Shown here: piece after piece, positions 1 through 10,366 of the stretch
Position numbering within the stretch: position 1 is the first letter of the stretch
How the letters are laid out: every line of letters starts with the position of its first letter
Origin: Myxococcota bacterium
GTDB lineage: Bacteria > Myxococcota_A > UBA9160 > UBA6930
Reading direction: 5' to 3'
Assembly (NCBI GenBank): GCA_965223415.1
Contig: OZ245002.1
Coordinates: 3,456,001-3,520,000, forward strand
DNA length: 64,000 bases
Notes under the pieces: generated by a model
What the model was told of the DNA's origin: nothing
Seen by the model: only the letters and a program-made list of their open reading frames with translations
Databases searched by the model: none
Program-made: the position numbers and the translations under genes

Positions 1-335
1 ACGCCTACCGGGCCCAGGGCTTCCGGTTCGCCCTCGACGACACCGGCGCCGGCTATGCGAGCCTCCAGGCCGTGATCGAGCTGGAGCCGGAGTTCATCAA
101 GGTGGACCGCGCCCTCGTGACCGGCCTCGACACGGACCCGGCCCGCCAGGCCCTGCTGCAGGCGCTGCAATCCGTCGCGCGCACGATCGGTGCCAAGATC
201 ATCGGCGAGGGTCTCGATACGCTCGAGGAGCTCGAGATGCTGAAGGAGCTCGAGATCTCCTTCGGCCAGGGCTGGCTGTTCGGCAAGCCCACGCCCCTGC
301 GCGCCGGGGGCGACGCGGACGACGGGCAACGCTGA
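1..335 (+). CDS. EAL-domain (c-di-GMP phosphodiesterase-type) protein, C-terminal part, truncated by window edge
   Basis: Frame open from base 3: GFRFALDDTGAGYAS...PEFIKVDR...IIGEGLDT...GQGWLFGKP, typical EAL motifs. Confidence 0.9.
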   Translation, partial: AYRAQGFRFALDDTGAGYASLQAVIELEPEFIKVDRALVTGLDTDPARQALLQALQSVARTIGAKIIGEGLDTLEELEMLKELEISFGQGWLFGKPTPLRAGGDADDGQR

Positions 336-350
336 CGTATCCTTCCTGCC

Positions 351-1130
351 ATGCTGGCAGGATTCGACTCCGTCACGAAGACCCTTCTCGGCGTGCCCCG
401 CACGGTCCATCGTCGCGGCGAAGGCCCCGGCGTGCTGGTGATGCACGAGATCCCGGGCATCACGCCGGAGGTCGCGCGCTTCGCCCGCACGGTCGCCGAC
501 GCGGGCTACAGCGTCGCCCTCCCCGAGCTCTTCGGCGTGCTCGAGAAGCCCATCTCGGGTGGCTACGTGCTCGGCCAGATGGCGCGGGCCTGCATCAGCC
601 GGGAGTTCCACGTGCTGGCCGCCCACGGCACCAGCCCGATCACCGACTGGCTTCGCGCCCTGGCGCGCGATCTCCACGAGGAGGTGGGTGGCAAGGGCGT
701 CGGTGCCATCGGCATGTGCCTGACGGGCAATTTCGCCCTGGCGCTGATGATGGAGCCGTCCCTGATGGCGCCGGTCCTCTCCCAGCCCTCGCTCCCCTTT
801 CCCTTCGGCAAGGCGCGGCGGCGCGCGCTGCACGTCACGCCGGAGCAGCTCGCCTGCGTGAAGGAGCGCGCCGCCGAGGGCGTCGGCGTCCTCGGCCTGC
901 GCTTCAGCCACGACCCCATGTGCCCTCCCGAGCGCTTCGAGACCTTGCGACGGGAGCTCGGCGACGGCTTCGAGGGCATCGAGATCGACTCCGGCCCCGG
1001 CAACCCCCACGGCCTTACCCGCATGGCCCACAGCGTGGTGACCACCGATCTCGTCGACGAGGCAGGGCACCCGACCCGGGAGGCCCTCGATCGCGTGCTC
1101 GGGCTGTTCGAGGAGCGGCTCAAGGGCTAG
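351..1130 (+). CDS. Dienelactone hydrolase family protein
   Basis: HEIPG motif, G-x-C-x-x-G nucleophile region (GMCLTG), C-terminal His (AHSV). Confidence 0.85.
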   Translation: MLAGFDSVTKTLLGVPRTVHRRGEGPGVLVMHEIPGITPEVARFARTVADAGYSVALPELFGVLEKPISGGYVLGQMARACISREFHVLAAHGTSPITDWLRALARDLHEEVGGKGVGAIGMCLTGNFALALMMEPSLMAPVLSQPSLPFPFGKARRRALHVTPEQLACVKERAAEGVGVLGLRFSHDPMCPPERFETLRRELGDGFEGIEIDSGPGNPHGLTRMAHSVVTTDLVDEAGHPTREALDRVLGLFEERLKG

Positions 1131-1993
1131 GCAGGGGCCCGCCTCCGCCAGGAGTCGAAGCTGAAGAGCGCCAGGGCGATCCAGATGCACGAGAAGGCGA
1201 CGGCGTGGGCGCCGGACCAGGGCTCCTCGTAGACGAAGAGGGCCAGCAGGAATCCGATGCTCGGCGCGATGTACTGGAAGAGGCCTAGCATCGATAGGGG
1301 CAGACGGCGCGCTGCGCTGCCGAACCAGAGCAGGGGGAGCGCCGTCGCGGGCCCCGCGCCGACGAGGAGGCTCTCTTCCAACGGACTCAGGCCTCCGCCC
1401 AGCGCTCCGCCCACCGGCTCGACGCCGACCATCAGGAAGAGCGCGGCGAGAGGAGCCAGCAGGCCCGTCTCGAAGGAGAGGGCCGGGATCGGTCGGGCGT
1501 GGCAGAGCTTGTGCACCAAGCCGTAGAGGCCGAACGACATGGCCAGGGCGAGAGACACCCACGGCAGCCCCGCGAACCGCCAGCCCAGCACCGCGACCCC
1601 GGCGGCGGCGACCGCCACCGCGAGCGCCTGCAACGGCCACAGGCGCTCGCCCAGGAAGAGCCGGCCGAGGAAGACGCTGAGGAGCGGATTCAGGTAGTAG
1701 CCGAAGCTCGCCTCGAGCAGCTGGTCGTGGTTCACGGCCCAGATGTAGACGAGCCAGTTCACCCCGATCAGGACGCCGGCGAGCCCGAGGAAGAGCGCCT
1801 CCCGGGGGCGGCTGCGCACGGCGAGGAGCTCCGGCAGCCGACGCAGGACGCCCAGCAGCAGCAACGTGAACGCGACGGTACCGATCACCCGCCAGGCGAG
1901 GATCTCCGCCGCGGGCACGGCGGCGAGCGCCTTCCAGTAGACCGGCAGCACTCCCCACGCGCCGTAGGCGAGCAGGGCGTAGACGACTCCCAT
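1127..1993 (-). CDS. rarD: EamA/RarD family transporter
   Basis: MGVVYALLAYGAWG..., NWLVYIWAVN, EASFGYYLNPL, QYIAPS; start reset to ATG 1993 inside the longer ORF. Confidence 0.9.
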   Translation of the reverse strand: MGVVYALLAYGAWGVLPVYWKALAAVPAAEILAWRVIGTVAFTLLLLGVLRRLPELLAVRSRPREALFLGLAGVLIGVNWLVYIWAVNHDQLLEASFGYYLNPLLSVFLGRLFLGERLWPLQALAVAVAAAGVAVLGWRFAGLPWVSLALAMSFGLYGLVHKLCHARPIPALSFETGLLAPLAALFLMVGVEPVGGALGGGLSPLEESLLVGAGPATALPLLWFGSAARRLPLSMLGLFQYIAPSIGFLLALFVYEEPWSGAHAVAFSCIWIALALFSFDSWRRRAPA

Positions 1994-2011
1994 GGGTGGT
2001 AAGCTCCGCGC

Positions 2012-2797
2012 GTGATCGTGCTCCACGAGCTCGTGAAGCGCTACGGGGACGGACACGAAGTCGACGGGGGAGCGGCAGCGGTGGACGGCGTCTCGCTGCG
2101 CGTGCCCCAGGGCGAATGCGTGTTCCTCGTAGGGGGCTCGGGCTGCGGCAAGACCACGACCCTCAAGATGATCAATCGCCTGATCGAGCCCACGGCCGGG
2201 CGGGTCGAGATCGACGGCCATGATCATCGCGAGCTGCCTGGTCACGAGCTGCGGCGACGCATCGGCTACGGCTTCCAGCAGGTCGGGCTCTTCCCGCACC
2301 TGACCGTCGCAGAGAACGTCGGCATCACGCCGGAGCTGCTCGGCTGGGAGCGCGAGCGCATCACCGCCCGGGTGGAGGAGCTGCTCCAGCGCGTCGAGCT
2401 GTCGCCGGCGGAGTTCGGCGGGCGAGCGCCGGCCGAGCTCTCCGGAGGCCAGCAGCAGCGGGTCGGCCTGGCGCGCGCCCTCGCCGCCGAGCCGGACATC
2501 CTGCTCCTCGACGAGCCCTTCGGCGCCCTGGACCCGCTCACCCGCGACCGCCTCCAGGACGCCTTTCGCCGCCTGCGGGAGGACCTCGCGCTCACGGTGA
2601 TGTTCGTGAGCCACGACATGGTCGAGGCGCTGCTCCTCGCCGATCGCATCGCGGTGATGGAGGCCGGTCGCGTGCTGCAGATCGGCACGCCCGCCGAGCT
2701 GATGGCTGCGCCGGCCCATCCGCGCGTCGCCGAGCTGCTGGACACTCCGCGCCGACAGCGCGACGCCGTCGACCGCCTGCTGGGTGCCGGTGCGTGA
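2012..2797 (+). CDS. Osmoprotectant (glycine betaine/choline-type) ABC transporter ATP-binding protein
   Basis: Walker A GSGCGKTT, LKMINRLIEPT, LSGGQQQR, LLLDEPFGALD. Confidence 0.92.
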   Translation: MIVLHELVKRYGDGHEVDGGAAAVDGVSLRVPQGECVFLVGGSGCGKTTTLKMINRLIEPTAGRVEIDGHDHRELPGHELRRRIGYGFQQVGLFPHLTVAENVGITPELLGWERERITARVEELLQRVELSPAEFGGRAPAELSGGQQQRVGLARALAAEPDILLLDEPFGALDPLTRDRLQDAFRRLREDLALTVMFVSHDMVEALLLADRIAVMEAGRVLQIGTPAELMAAPAHPRVAELLDTPRRQRDAVDRLLGAGA

Positions 2798-4362
2798 GCG
2801 ACCAGCTCGCGCTCCTCCCCGAGCGGCTGACCGCCCATCTCCAGCTCACGCTGGTCGCGCTGGCCGTCGGCATGGCCCTCGCGATTCCCCTCGGAATCGC
2901 GGTGACGCGACGACGCAACCTCGAGGGAGGGGTGCTCGGCGTGGCCAGCGTCATCCAGACGATTCCCAGCCTGGCGCTGCTCGCGATCATGGTGCCGACC
3001 CTCGCGGCGCTGGCCGTCTGGCTCGAGACCCTGGGCATCGAGCTGCGCAGCATCGGCTATCCGCCCGCCATCGTGGCCCTGGCGCTCTACAGCATCCTGC
3101 CGATCCTGCGGAACACGGTGGCTGGGATCGGCGGAGTGGATCCTGCCCTGGTCGAGGCGGCCCGCGGAGTGGGGATGACCTCCGCCCAGCAGCTGCGTCG
3201 GGTGGAGCTGCCCCTGGCCCTCCCGGTGATCGTGGCCGGCGTGCGCACGGCGGCGGTGTGGGTGGTCGGCACGGCCACCCTCTCGACGCCGGTCGGCGCG
3301 ACGAGCCTTGGCAACTTCATCTTCACCGGCCTGCAGACCCGGAACTTCACGGCGGTGTGGGTCGGCTGCCTCGCCGCGGCGGCGTTGGCGCTGCTCCTCG
3401 ATGGCCTCATCGCAGCGCTCGAGTCCGGCGTGCGTCGCCGCCGCCGCGGGAGGGTCGGTGCGGCCCTGGCGGTTCTGCTCGGGCTCTACGCCTACGTCGG
3501 CTGGGCCTTCGTCGCCGACGCCGGTCGCGACGCGGGGCGCCCCGTCCTGATCGGCTCCAAGAGCTTCACCGAGCAGTACATCCTCTCCGAGCTCGTGGCG
3601 GGCTGGGTGCGGGCGGACACCGGCCGCGAATCCCGGGCGCTCGAGTCCCTGGGCTCGACAGTCGCCTTCGACGCCCTGCGGGACAGTCAGATCGATCTCT
3701 ACGTGGACTACTCCGGCACGGTCTGGGCCACCCTGATGAAGCGGGAAGGCCTCCCCGAGAGCCGCCAGGCCGTGCTGCAGGAGGTGCGGGACTGGCTCGC
3801 CGCCGAGCACGACGTCACCCTGGTCGCCGCCCTCGGCTTCGAGAACACCTACGCCCTCGGCATGCGCGCCGATCGGGCCCGCGAGCTCGGGGTGACGCGC
3901 ATTGGCCAGCTGCCGCGGGTCGCGCCCCGCCTCTCGATCGGGGGCGACCTGGAGTTCTTCAGCCGCGCCGAGTGGAAGGCCCTCGACGCCACCTACGGCC
4001 TGCCCTTCGCCGAGCAACGCAGCATGGATCCCGGCCTCATGTACCAGGCCGTCGCGGCGCGCGAGGTGGACGTGATCAGCGCCTTCTCCACCGACGGTCG
4101 CATCGCCGCCTACGACCTGGTGCTGCTCGAGGACGACCGGGGCGTGATCCCGCCCTACGATGCGATCCTGCTGGCGAGCCCGCGCCTGCGCCGGGAGCTG
4201 CCGGAGGTGGTCGAAGCGCTGGGCGAGCTCGACGGATCGATCGACGAGCCTCGCATGCAGCGGCTGAACTACGCCGTCGACGAGGAGGGCGAGAGCCCGG
4301 CGGCGGTGGCGGAGCGACTGCTCACCGAGCTCCGTGGAGAGGCCGGGCGGGTGGCGCCCTAG
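2794..4362 (+). CDS. Osmoprotectant ABC transporter fused permease/substrate-binding protein
   Basis: QTIPSLAL, EAARGVGM (EAA loop), then GSKSFTEQYIL, GFENTYAL, FSTDGRI, PPYDA; GTGA overlap with the ATPase. Confidence 0.92.
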   Translation: MSDQLALLPERLTAHLQLTLVALAVGMALAIPLGIAVTRRRNLEGGVLGVASVIQTIPSLALLAIMVPTLAALAVWLETLGIELRSIGYPPAIVALALYSILPILRNTVAGIGGVDPALVEAARGVGMTSAQQLRRVELPLALPVIVAGVRTAAVWVVGTATLSTPVGATSLGNFIFTGLQTRNFTAVWVGCLAAAALALLLDGLIAALESGVRRRRRGRVGAALAVLLGLYAYVGWAFVADAGRDAGRPVLIGSKSFTEQYILSELVAGWVRADTGRESRALESLGSTVAFDALRDSQIDLYVDYSGTVWATLMKREGLPESRQAVLQEVRDWLAAEHDVTLVAALGFENTYALGMRADRARELGVTRIGQLPRVAPRLSIGGDLEFFSRAEWKALDATYGLPFAEQRSMDPGLMYQAVAAREVDVISAFSTDGRIAAYDLVLLEDDRGVIPPYDAILLASPRLRRELPEVVEALGELDGSIDEPRMQRLNYAVDEEGESPAAVAERLLTELRGEAGRVAP

Positions 4363-5632
4363 CAGGCTGCTGAAATTCGGCGCTGAGAGGCGCCAGAACG
4401 CCAGAGGGCGCGGGTCCCCGCGGCCCGCTCGGCTCGCTCTTCGATCCCGGAAGCGATCCGGGGTACCTCGTCTCGATGCAGGTGCGTCATGTGACCTCTA
4501 CGAGGTTGCGTATGCGGACCAGGTTGTAGACCGCCGCCGTGAAGACGAACATCCACCCGACCCGATCCGTGCCCCGGTGACGCGTCTTTCGCATTCCCCC
4601 GACCGTCTTCATCCAACCGAAGCACTCCTCGATCCGCTTGCGTTTGTGCTGGCTGATCGCGTAGCCCTCGTGACGGACCGTGCGACCGTCGATCCGGCTG
4701 GCCCGATTCGTCGTGTGCTGCGCCACGTGCGGCGTGATGTTGCGCTTCCGGCAGCCCGCCACGAACTCCTCGGTGTCGTAGCCCTTGTCCCCGCCCAGCG
4801 TGATCCGGCGCCTTCCCGCCACGTCCTCCGCCATCTCCAGCGCTGCCAGCCGCTCGGCGTAGCCATCGGCCTCCGTCAGCAGCGCCGAGACGATCAGGCC
4901 GTTGCGGTTCTCCGTCAGCAGATGGCCCATGTAGGCCAGCTGCGAGGTCTGGCCCTTCTTGCGCGCCAGCCGCGCCTCGGGATCCGTCGTCGATTCGTGC
5001 GTCGCGTTGCTCCGCCGCTCTCCCCGAAAGTTCACCGTCGGGTTGCCCGGATCGTCGTCTCCGTCGTCCCCCGAGCCGTCCTTCGCCCGGAAGCTCTTCT
5101 GGCTCGCCCACGCCTCGATCAGCGTGCCATCCACCGTGAAGTGCTCCGACGACAGAAGGCCGTGGTCCTTTCCCTGCGCCAGCACCGCCTCAAAGAACGC
5201 CTCCGCCACGTCCCCTTCCAGCAGCCGGTCCCGGTTCTTCGTGAAGACCGTCGGGACCCAGACCGCATCCTCCATCCCCAGCCCTACGAACCAACGGAAC
5301 AGCAGGTTGTACTCGAGCTGCTCCATCAGCTGGCGCTCACTCCGGATCGAGTAGAGCACCTGCAGCAACAGAGCCCGCAGCAGCCGCTCCGGTGGGATCG
5401 ACGGCCGGCCCGTCGACGCGTAGAGCTCCGAGAACCGCCGAGACAGGCCCCTCAGCGCCTCGTCCACCATCGCCCGCATGGGGCGAAGCGGATGATCCTC
5501 CGGAATCCGCGTCTCCAGCGAGACGTAGCTGAACATCGAACCCTGCTCTCGGTCGCTGCCGCGCATCCTCTCTCCCCCCGACCCATCTTCTACCATCGAG
5601 AACACGGAAACGCAGGGTTTTTCAGCAGCCTG
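4363..5632 (-). mobile_element. IS5-family insertion sequence, 1270 bp, apparently intact
   Basis: 13-bp perfect terminal inverted repeats CAGGCTGCTGAAA (4363-4375) / TTTCAGCAGCCTG (5620-5632); CTAG on both sides (4359-4362, 5633-5636) as target duplication. Confidence 0.93.
4487..5566 (-). CDS. IS5-family DDE transposase
   Basis: GRPSIPPERLLRALLLQ...SERQL...FRWFVGL, VDGT, GDKGYD, RKRIEECFG; ATG 5566 follows a purine-rich SD. Confidence 0.93.
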   Translation of the reverse strand: MRGSDREQGSMFSYVSLETRIPEDHPLRPMRAMVDEALRGLSRRFSELYASTGRPSIPPERLLRALLLQVLYSIRSERQLMEQLEYNLLFRWFVGLGMEDAVWVPTVFTKNRDRLLEGDVAEAFFEAVLAQGKDHGLLSSEHFTVDGTLIEAWASQKSFRAKDGSGDDGDDDPGNPTVNFRGERRSNATHESTTDPEARLARKKGQTSQLAYMGHLLTENRNGLIVSALLTEADGYAERLAALEMAEDVAGRRRITLGGDKGYDTEEFVAGCRKRNITPHVAQHTTNRASRIDGRTVRHEGYAISQHKRKRIEECFGWMKTVGGMRKTRHRGTDRVGWMFVFTAAVYNLVRIRNLVEVT

Positions 5633-5645
5633 CTAGGCCGCCTCG

Positions 5646-6686
5646 TTACCACATCGCCACCGGCGAGCCGATCGAGCCGGTCGCGCCTGCGATGGGCACC
5701 GGTGTGTAGAGGTAGGCGAAGCGGTAGACGCCGCGCTCCACCAGCTCCGAGAGCTTCAGGTTCTCCTGGTTCACGATGCCGTGGCGCACCTGCAGGAAGG
5801 TGTGGGCGCAGAACTCGCAGTCCGGGTCCTCGCCGGGGACGGCGTCGACGGGCCAGGTGTCGGCGCCGGTCACGCCCGCCTTGCCCTCGGCGAGCCAGCG
5901 TGCGACCTCGATGCCAATGCCGGGGCAGCCGTCGTTGTACCTGGCGTTGTCCGCGATCCAATACTTCTCCCAGCCGGTGCGGAAGAGCACCGCGTCGCCG
6001 GGCTGGAGCTCGAACTCGGCCATGCCCTGCAGGGCGAGGGCCTTCTTCACGTCGGCCAGGGTGATGACCTCGCCGCGCTCCATCGAATCGACGCCCCGGG
6101 CCGCGGCGACGTCGATCAGCACGCCGCGGGCCACGATCGGGTGCAGCTTCTCCGTGCCGAGCTCGGCCAGGCCGTAGGGCCGGTTGATCTGCGCGGCGGT
6201 GTAGCCGTTGTAGTAGCGGACCTGGCCCAGGTCACCGGGCGAGCCGATCTGGATGCCGATGTGTCCGAGGCCGTCGAACTGGGTGCCGACCTGGCCGATC
6301 TCGGTGGCCAGGAACTCGTCGTTCCAGATGCCCTGGTTCTTGCCCACCGGTCCGCCGGTCGGCGCGCCGGGGATGCGCAGGGCGAAGCTGCGGCCGCCGA
6401 AGAGCGGCATGTCCGCGCTGTAGACCTGGCCGATCTTCACGCTCCGGCCCTTCCGGATCTCGGCGAGGGCCCGCTTCACCACCTCCGGCTTCGTGTACCA
6501 GTTGGTCGAGCCGGCCTGGTCGCCCTCGCCCCACAACGGGTTGGGCCACCAGCGCTCGCCGAGGGGCGTCTCCATGCAGTCGCCGTCGACCCAGGCCTTG
6601 CCCCCCAGGTGTCGGAAGGCGTCGCAATCTGCGAGAGCCGGCGCGGCCGCCAGCCACACCGCTGCGGCGAGGACCGGACTACGCAT
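5646..6686 (-). CDS. Cyclase-family (kynurenine formamidase-like) metal-dependent hydrolase with signal peptide
   Basis: QVGTQFDGLGH, RGVLIDV, GDAVLFRTGW, ENLKL, GATGS; N-terminal ...APALA signal. Confidence 0.85.
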   Translation of the reverse strand: MRSPVLAAAVWLAAAPALADCDAFRHLGGKAWVDGDCMETPLGERWWPNPLWGEGDQAGSTNWYTKPEVVKRALAEIRKGRSVKIGQVYSADMPLFGGRSFALRIPGAPTGGPVGKNQGIWNDEFLATEIGQVGTQFDGLGHIGIQIGSPGDLGQVRYYNGYTAAQINRPYGLAELGTEKLHPIVARGVLIDVAAARGVDSMERGEVITLADVKKALALQGMAEFELQPGDAVLFRTGWEKYWIADNARYNDGCPGIGIEVARWLAEGKAGVTGADTWPVDAVPGEDPDCEFCAHTFLQVRHGIVNQENLKLSELVERGVYRFAYLYTPVPIAGATGSIGSPVAMW

Positions 6687-7566
6687 CGGACTTGTCTCCT
6701 CCCAACATGGCCGCGAAGGCCTCCGGGGTGCCCGGCGGAGGCTCTCCCACCGGGTCGCGCCCCTCGATGATGTTGCGCATGAACGTCTCGATCATGCTCT
6801 CCCAGGGGTGGGGAAGCACGTAGAAGCGCTTCTCCTGGATGGCCGCGGCGACGATGCGTCCGACCTCCAGGGGATCCATGCCGCCGGAGATGAGGCCCTC
6901 CACCACCTTGCGCATGGCCTCGGCCTCCGGCGGGATCTCGACGGCCGGCCGCGGCGTCTCCGGGCGGTTGCGTTCCGAGCTGGCGATGTTGGTCGCTACC
7001 CACCCGGGGCACAGGACCGAGACGCCGACGTGGGGCCCGCGCATCTGCAGGTTGCTCCACAGGGCCTCGGAGATCGCTCGGCAGGCGTGCTTGGTCACGC
7101 CGTAGATTCCGCCGCCCGGCATGAGCCCCGCCATGGAGGCCGTGTTCACCACATGGCCCTCGTCCTGCTCCAGCAGGATCGGGACGAAGGCCCGGATGCC
7201 GTGGACGACGCCCATCAGGTTCACGCCCATCACCCAGTCCCACTCGTCGAGGGGCGCCTCCCAGATGCCGCCGGGTGAGCCGCCGGCGACGCCGGCGTTG
7301 TTGCACACGACGTGGGCCGCGCCGTACTCGTCGAGGGTCCGCCCCGCCAGGGCGTCGACCGCCTCGGGCTTGGAGACGTCGCACGGGACGCCGATCGCCG
7401 TCGCTCCGTCGGCGCGCAGGCCGGCCACCACGTCGTCCAGGACCGCCTGCTCGATGTCGGCGATCACGAGCTTCATCCCCTCTTCCGCGAAGGCCCGGGC
7501 CATGCCCAGGCCGATGCCGCTCGCTCCACCGGTGACGACGGCGACCCGATTTCGAAGGCGTTCCAT
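6679..7566 (-). CDS. Short-chain dehydrogenase/reductase
   Basis: TGGASGIG, NNAG, NTAS, YGVTK; SD before ATG 7566. Confidence 0.92.
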   Translation of the reverse strand: MERLRNRVAVVTGGASGIGLGMARAFAEEGMKLVIADIEQAVLDDVVAGLRADGATAIGVPCDVSKPEAVDALAGRTLDEYGAAHVVCNNAGVAGGSPGGIWEAPLDEWDWVMGVNLMGVVHGIRAFVPILLEQDEGHVVNTASMAGLMPGGGIYGVTKHACRAISEALWSNLQMRGPHVGVSVLCPGWVATNIASSERNRPETPRPAVEIPPEAEAMRKVVEGLISGGMDPLEVGRIVAAAIQEKRFYVLPHPWESMIETFMRNIIEGRDPVGEPPPGTPEAFAAMLGGDKSDA

Positions 7567-7628
7567 GGCATCCCTCCTCTCCAGGTCGGCCCACGCTAGC
7601 CCGTCCATGCCTGGTCTACACTGGCCTC

Positions 7629-8816
7629 ATGAAGTTCGGGATCTTCTACGAGCACCAGCTGCCGCGCCCCTGGGACGAAGAGAGCGAGTACCGCCTCCTC
7701 CAGCAGTCCCTGGAGCAGATCGAGCTCGCCGACCGGCTGGGCTTCGACTACGCGTGGGAGGTGGAGCACCACTTCCTGGAGGAGTACTCCCACTCCTCCG
7801 CGCCCGAGGTGTTCCTCGCGGCGGCCAGCCAGCGCACCCGAGACATCCGGTTGGGACACGGCATCGTCCAGTTGACGACGAACCATCCAGCGCGGGTCGC
7901 CGAGCGGGTCTCCACCCTCGATCTCCTCTCCCACGGCCGGGTCGAGCTGGGCATCGGCGAGGGGTCGAGCGTCACCGAGCTGCACCCCTTCGACCGGCGC
8001 TTCCGCGACAAGCGCGCCGTCTGGGAAGACGCAGTGCGCTGTATCCTGCCAATGTTCCAGAAGGAGGCCTGGGAGTACCACGGCGAGTACTTCGATTTCC
8101 CGCTGCGCAACGTGGTGCCGAAGCCGCGCCAGAAACCCCACCCGCCGCTCTGGGTCGCCTGCTCCCAGTTCGAGACGATCGAGATGTGCGGCCGCCGCGG
8201 CATGGGCGTGCTCTCGTTCCAGTTCATCTCGTCCGACATGGCCAGGGCCTGGGTGCACGCCTACTACAACGCCTACACCCGGCGCCTGGAGCTGCTGGCC
8301 GACTACGCGACCAATCCGAACATCGCCGTGGTGAGCCCCTTCATGTGCGCGGAGACCGACGAGGCGGCCCTCGAGAAGAGCGACGGTTCGAGCTTCTTCC
8401 AGTTCGCCCTGCTGTTCTACAACCGCCACGGCCCGATCGAGCCCGGCTCCATCAGCCTGTGGGACGAGTACCAGAAGTGGCGGGAGACCGAAGAAGGCAA
8501 GCGCCTGCGGCGCAACCGCGGCCTGATCGGCTCTCCGGAGGTGCTGCGCGAACGTCTCCGCAAGTTCGAGGCCTCCCACGTCGATCAGGTGATCCTGATC
8601 AACCAGGCGGGTCGCAACACCCACGAGGACATCTGCGAGAGCCTCGAGCTCTTCGCGCGCGAGGTGATGCCCGAGTTCCACGAGCGCGACGGCGAGCATC
8701 AGGCCTGGAAGCAGAAGGTGCTGGCGGGCGACATCGAGCTCGATGAGATCGATCCGTCCGAGCTGACGCCGATCTCCCTGCAGAACCCGAACTGGAAGAA
8801 GCAGCACGGGCTCTAG
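7629..8816 (+). CDS. Luciferase-like (LLM) flavin-dependent oxidoreductase
   Basis: MKFGIF, WEVEHHF, SAPEVFLA, HPARVAER, PKPRQKPHPPLW. Confidence 0.9.
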   Translation: MKFGIFYEHQLPRPWDEESEYRLLQQSLEQIELADRLGFDYAWEVEHHFLEEYSHSSAPEVFLAAASQRTRDIRLGHGIVQLTTNHPARVAERVSTLDLLSHGRVELGIGEGSSVTELHPFDRRFRDKRAVWEDAVRCILPMFQKEAWEYHGEYFDFPLRNVVPKPRQKPHPPLWVACSQFETIEMCGRRGMGVLSFQFISSDMARAWVHAYYNAYTRRLELLADYATNPNIAVVSPFMCAETDEAALEKSDGSSFFQFALLFYNRHGPIEPGSISLWDEYQKWRETEEGKRLRRNRGLIGSPEVLRERLRKFEASHVDQVILINQAGRNTHEDICESLELFAREVMPEFHERDGEHQAWKQKVLAGDIELDEIDPSELTPISLQNPNWKKQHGL

Positions 8817-8822
8817 CGGAGG

Positions 8823-10013
8823 TCAGCCCCCGGAGATCGCGAGCTCCGCCGCCGGGTCGGCCGGTGTGTCGTCCCGCAGGTGGTCGAAGAAACCCTCGGG
8901 AAGGGCGACCTTCTGGGTGCCCGACTTCTTGCCGCGGGGAACGCGCATCGCCTCCGGCGGGAAGGCGAGGGACGGGTCCACGTCGGCGAGCACGTCCCCG
9001 AGCTCCGCCAGGGTGGTCACCTGGACCAGGCGGCCGCGCAGGCGCGCACTCCCGGGGAAGCCCTTCGTGTACCAGGTAGCGTGGCGCCGGAAGGCGCGCA
9101 TGGCGGGGCCCTCGCCGAAGAAGTCGGCGAGGAGCCGCGCGTGCTCGAGCATGGTGGCGCGGACGGCGCCGAGGCACGGCGGGTCCTCGGGCTCGCGGCC
9201 GGCGAAGACGCAGGCGAGGTCGCGGAACAGCCAGGGCCGGCCCAGGCAGCCGCGGCCGACCACGACGCCGTCGCAGCCGGTCCGTCGCATCATGCGCAGG
9301 GCGTCCCAGGCCTCCCAGACGTCGCCGTTGCCGAGCACCGGGATGCCGGTCACGGCTTCCTTCAGACGGGCGATGGCGCTCCAATCGGCCTCGCCGTCGT
9401 AGAGCTGGGCTGCCGTTCGGGCGTGGAGCGCGATGGCGGCGCAGCCCTCGACTTCGCCGATGCGGCCGGCCTCGAGGTAGGTCGTGAGGCGCTCGTCGAT
9501 GCCGATGCGGAGCTTGATCGTCACCGGCACCGGGCCGGCGTGCTGCACCACGGCGCGAACGATCTTCGCGAGGAGAGCGGGCCGGGCCGGGATCGCCGCG
9601 CCCCCGCCCTTGCGGGTGACCTTGCGGACCGGGCAGCCGAAGTTCAGGTCGATGTGGTCCACGCGGCCCTCGGAGACGAGCCACGCGGTAGCGCGACCCA
9701 TGCTCTCCGGGTCGACGCCGTAGAGCTGGAGGCTGCGGGGCGCTTCGTCCGGCCCGAAGGCCGCGAGGCGGCGGCTCTTCGGGCTGCCCTCCACGAGCGC
9801 CCGGGCCGTGATCATCTCGCTCACGTAGAGCCCGGCGCGGAGGCCTCCGAACCGGCGGCACAGGGTGCGGAAAGGGGCGTTGGTCACGCCGGCCATCGGC
9901 GCGAGGACGAAGGGCACGGCGACCTCGAGGGGCCCGATGCGGAGCGGCGCGAACTCGCCAGGGCGCGCCGGCGGGACGTCCTTGTTCAGCGGGCTCCGGT
10001 AGCGAGGGTCCAC
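8823..10013 (-). CDS. dusB: tRNA-dihydrouridine synthase
   Basis: LAPMAGVT, SEM, IDLNFGCP, HART, GNGDV, VGRG. Confidence 0.9.
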   Translation of the reverse strand: MDPRYRSPLNKDVPPARPGEFAPLRIGPLEVAVPFVLAPMAGVTNAPFRTLCRRFGGLRAGLYVSEMITARALVEGSPKSRRLAAFGPDEAPRSLQLYGVDPESMGRATAWLVSEGRVDHIDLNFGCPVRKVTRKGGGAAIPARPALLAKIVRAVVQHAGPVPVTIKLRIGIDERLTTYLEAGRIGEVEGCAAIALHARTAAQLYDGEADWSAIARLKEAVTGIPVLGNGDVWEAWDALRMMRRTGCDGVVVGRGCLGRPWLFRDLACVFAGREPEDPPCLGAVRATMLEHARLLADFFGEGPAMRAFRRHATWYTKGFPGSARLRGRLVQVTTLAELGDVLADVDPSLAFPPEAMRVPRGKKSGTQKVALPEGFFDHLRDDTPADPAAELAISGG

Positions 10014-10017
10014 GGGC

Positions 10018-10290
10018 TCAGGGAGTGCGCGTGACCATCCGGTCGATCGCGTGGACCGGAGCCTGGTCCCCCGCCATCAGGTGTTTGATCGTCGCGTAGA
10101 CCGCTTGCTGCTGCTTCACCCGGGAGAGGCCCTCGAAGCCGGCCGAGACCACCTCTACCTCGAAGTGCCCGGGGCTGGCCGCCCGCACGGACACCTCGGC
10201 CTCGGGCAGCCCCTCGCGGATCGCCTGCTCGAGCTGGGTCGCGATCTCCTCGGGCTTGGGCGGAGGGGAGCTCAGGATCTGGATGGCCAT
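10018..10290 (-). CDS. BolA/IbaG family protein
   Basis: HFEVEVVSAGFEGLSRVKQQQAVY...VHAI. Confidence 0.9.
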   Translation of the reverse strand: MAIQILSSPPPKPEEIATQLEQAIREGLPEAEVSVRAASPGHFEVEVVSAGFEGLSRVKQQQAVYATIKHLMAGDQAPVHAIDRMVTRTP

Positions 10291-10366
10291 CGGGACAAGT
10301 TAACAAATGGACGCGGCCCCAACGCAGCGGACACGACGCAACAGACAGAACCGGCCCCTTGCGCAA

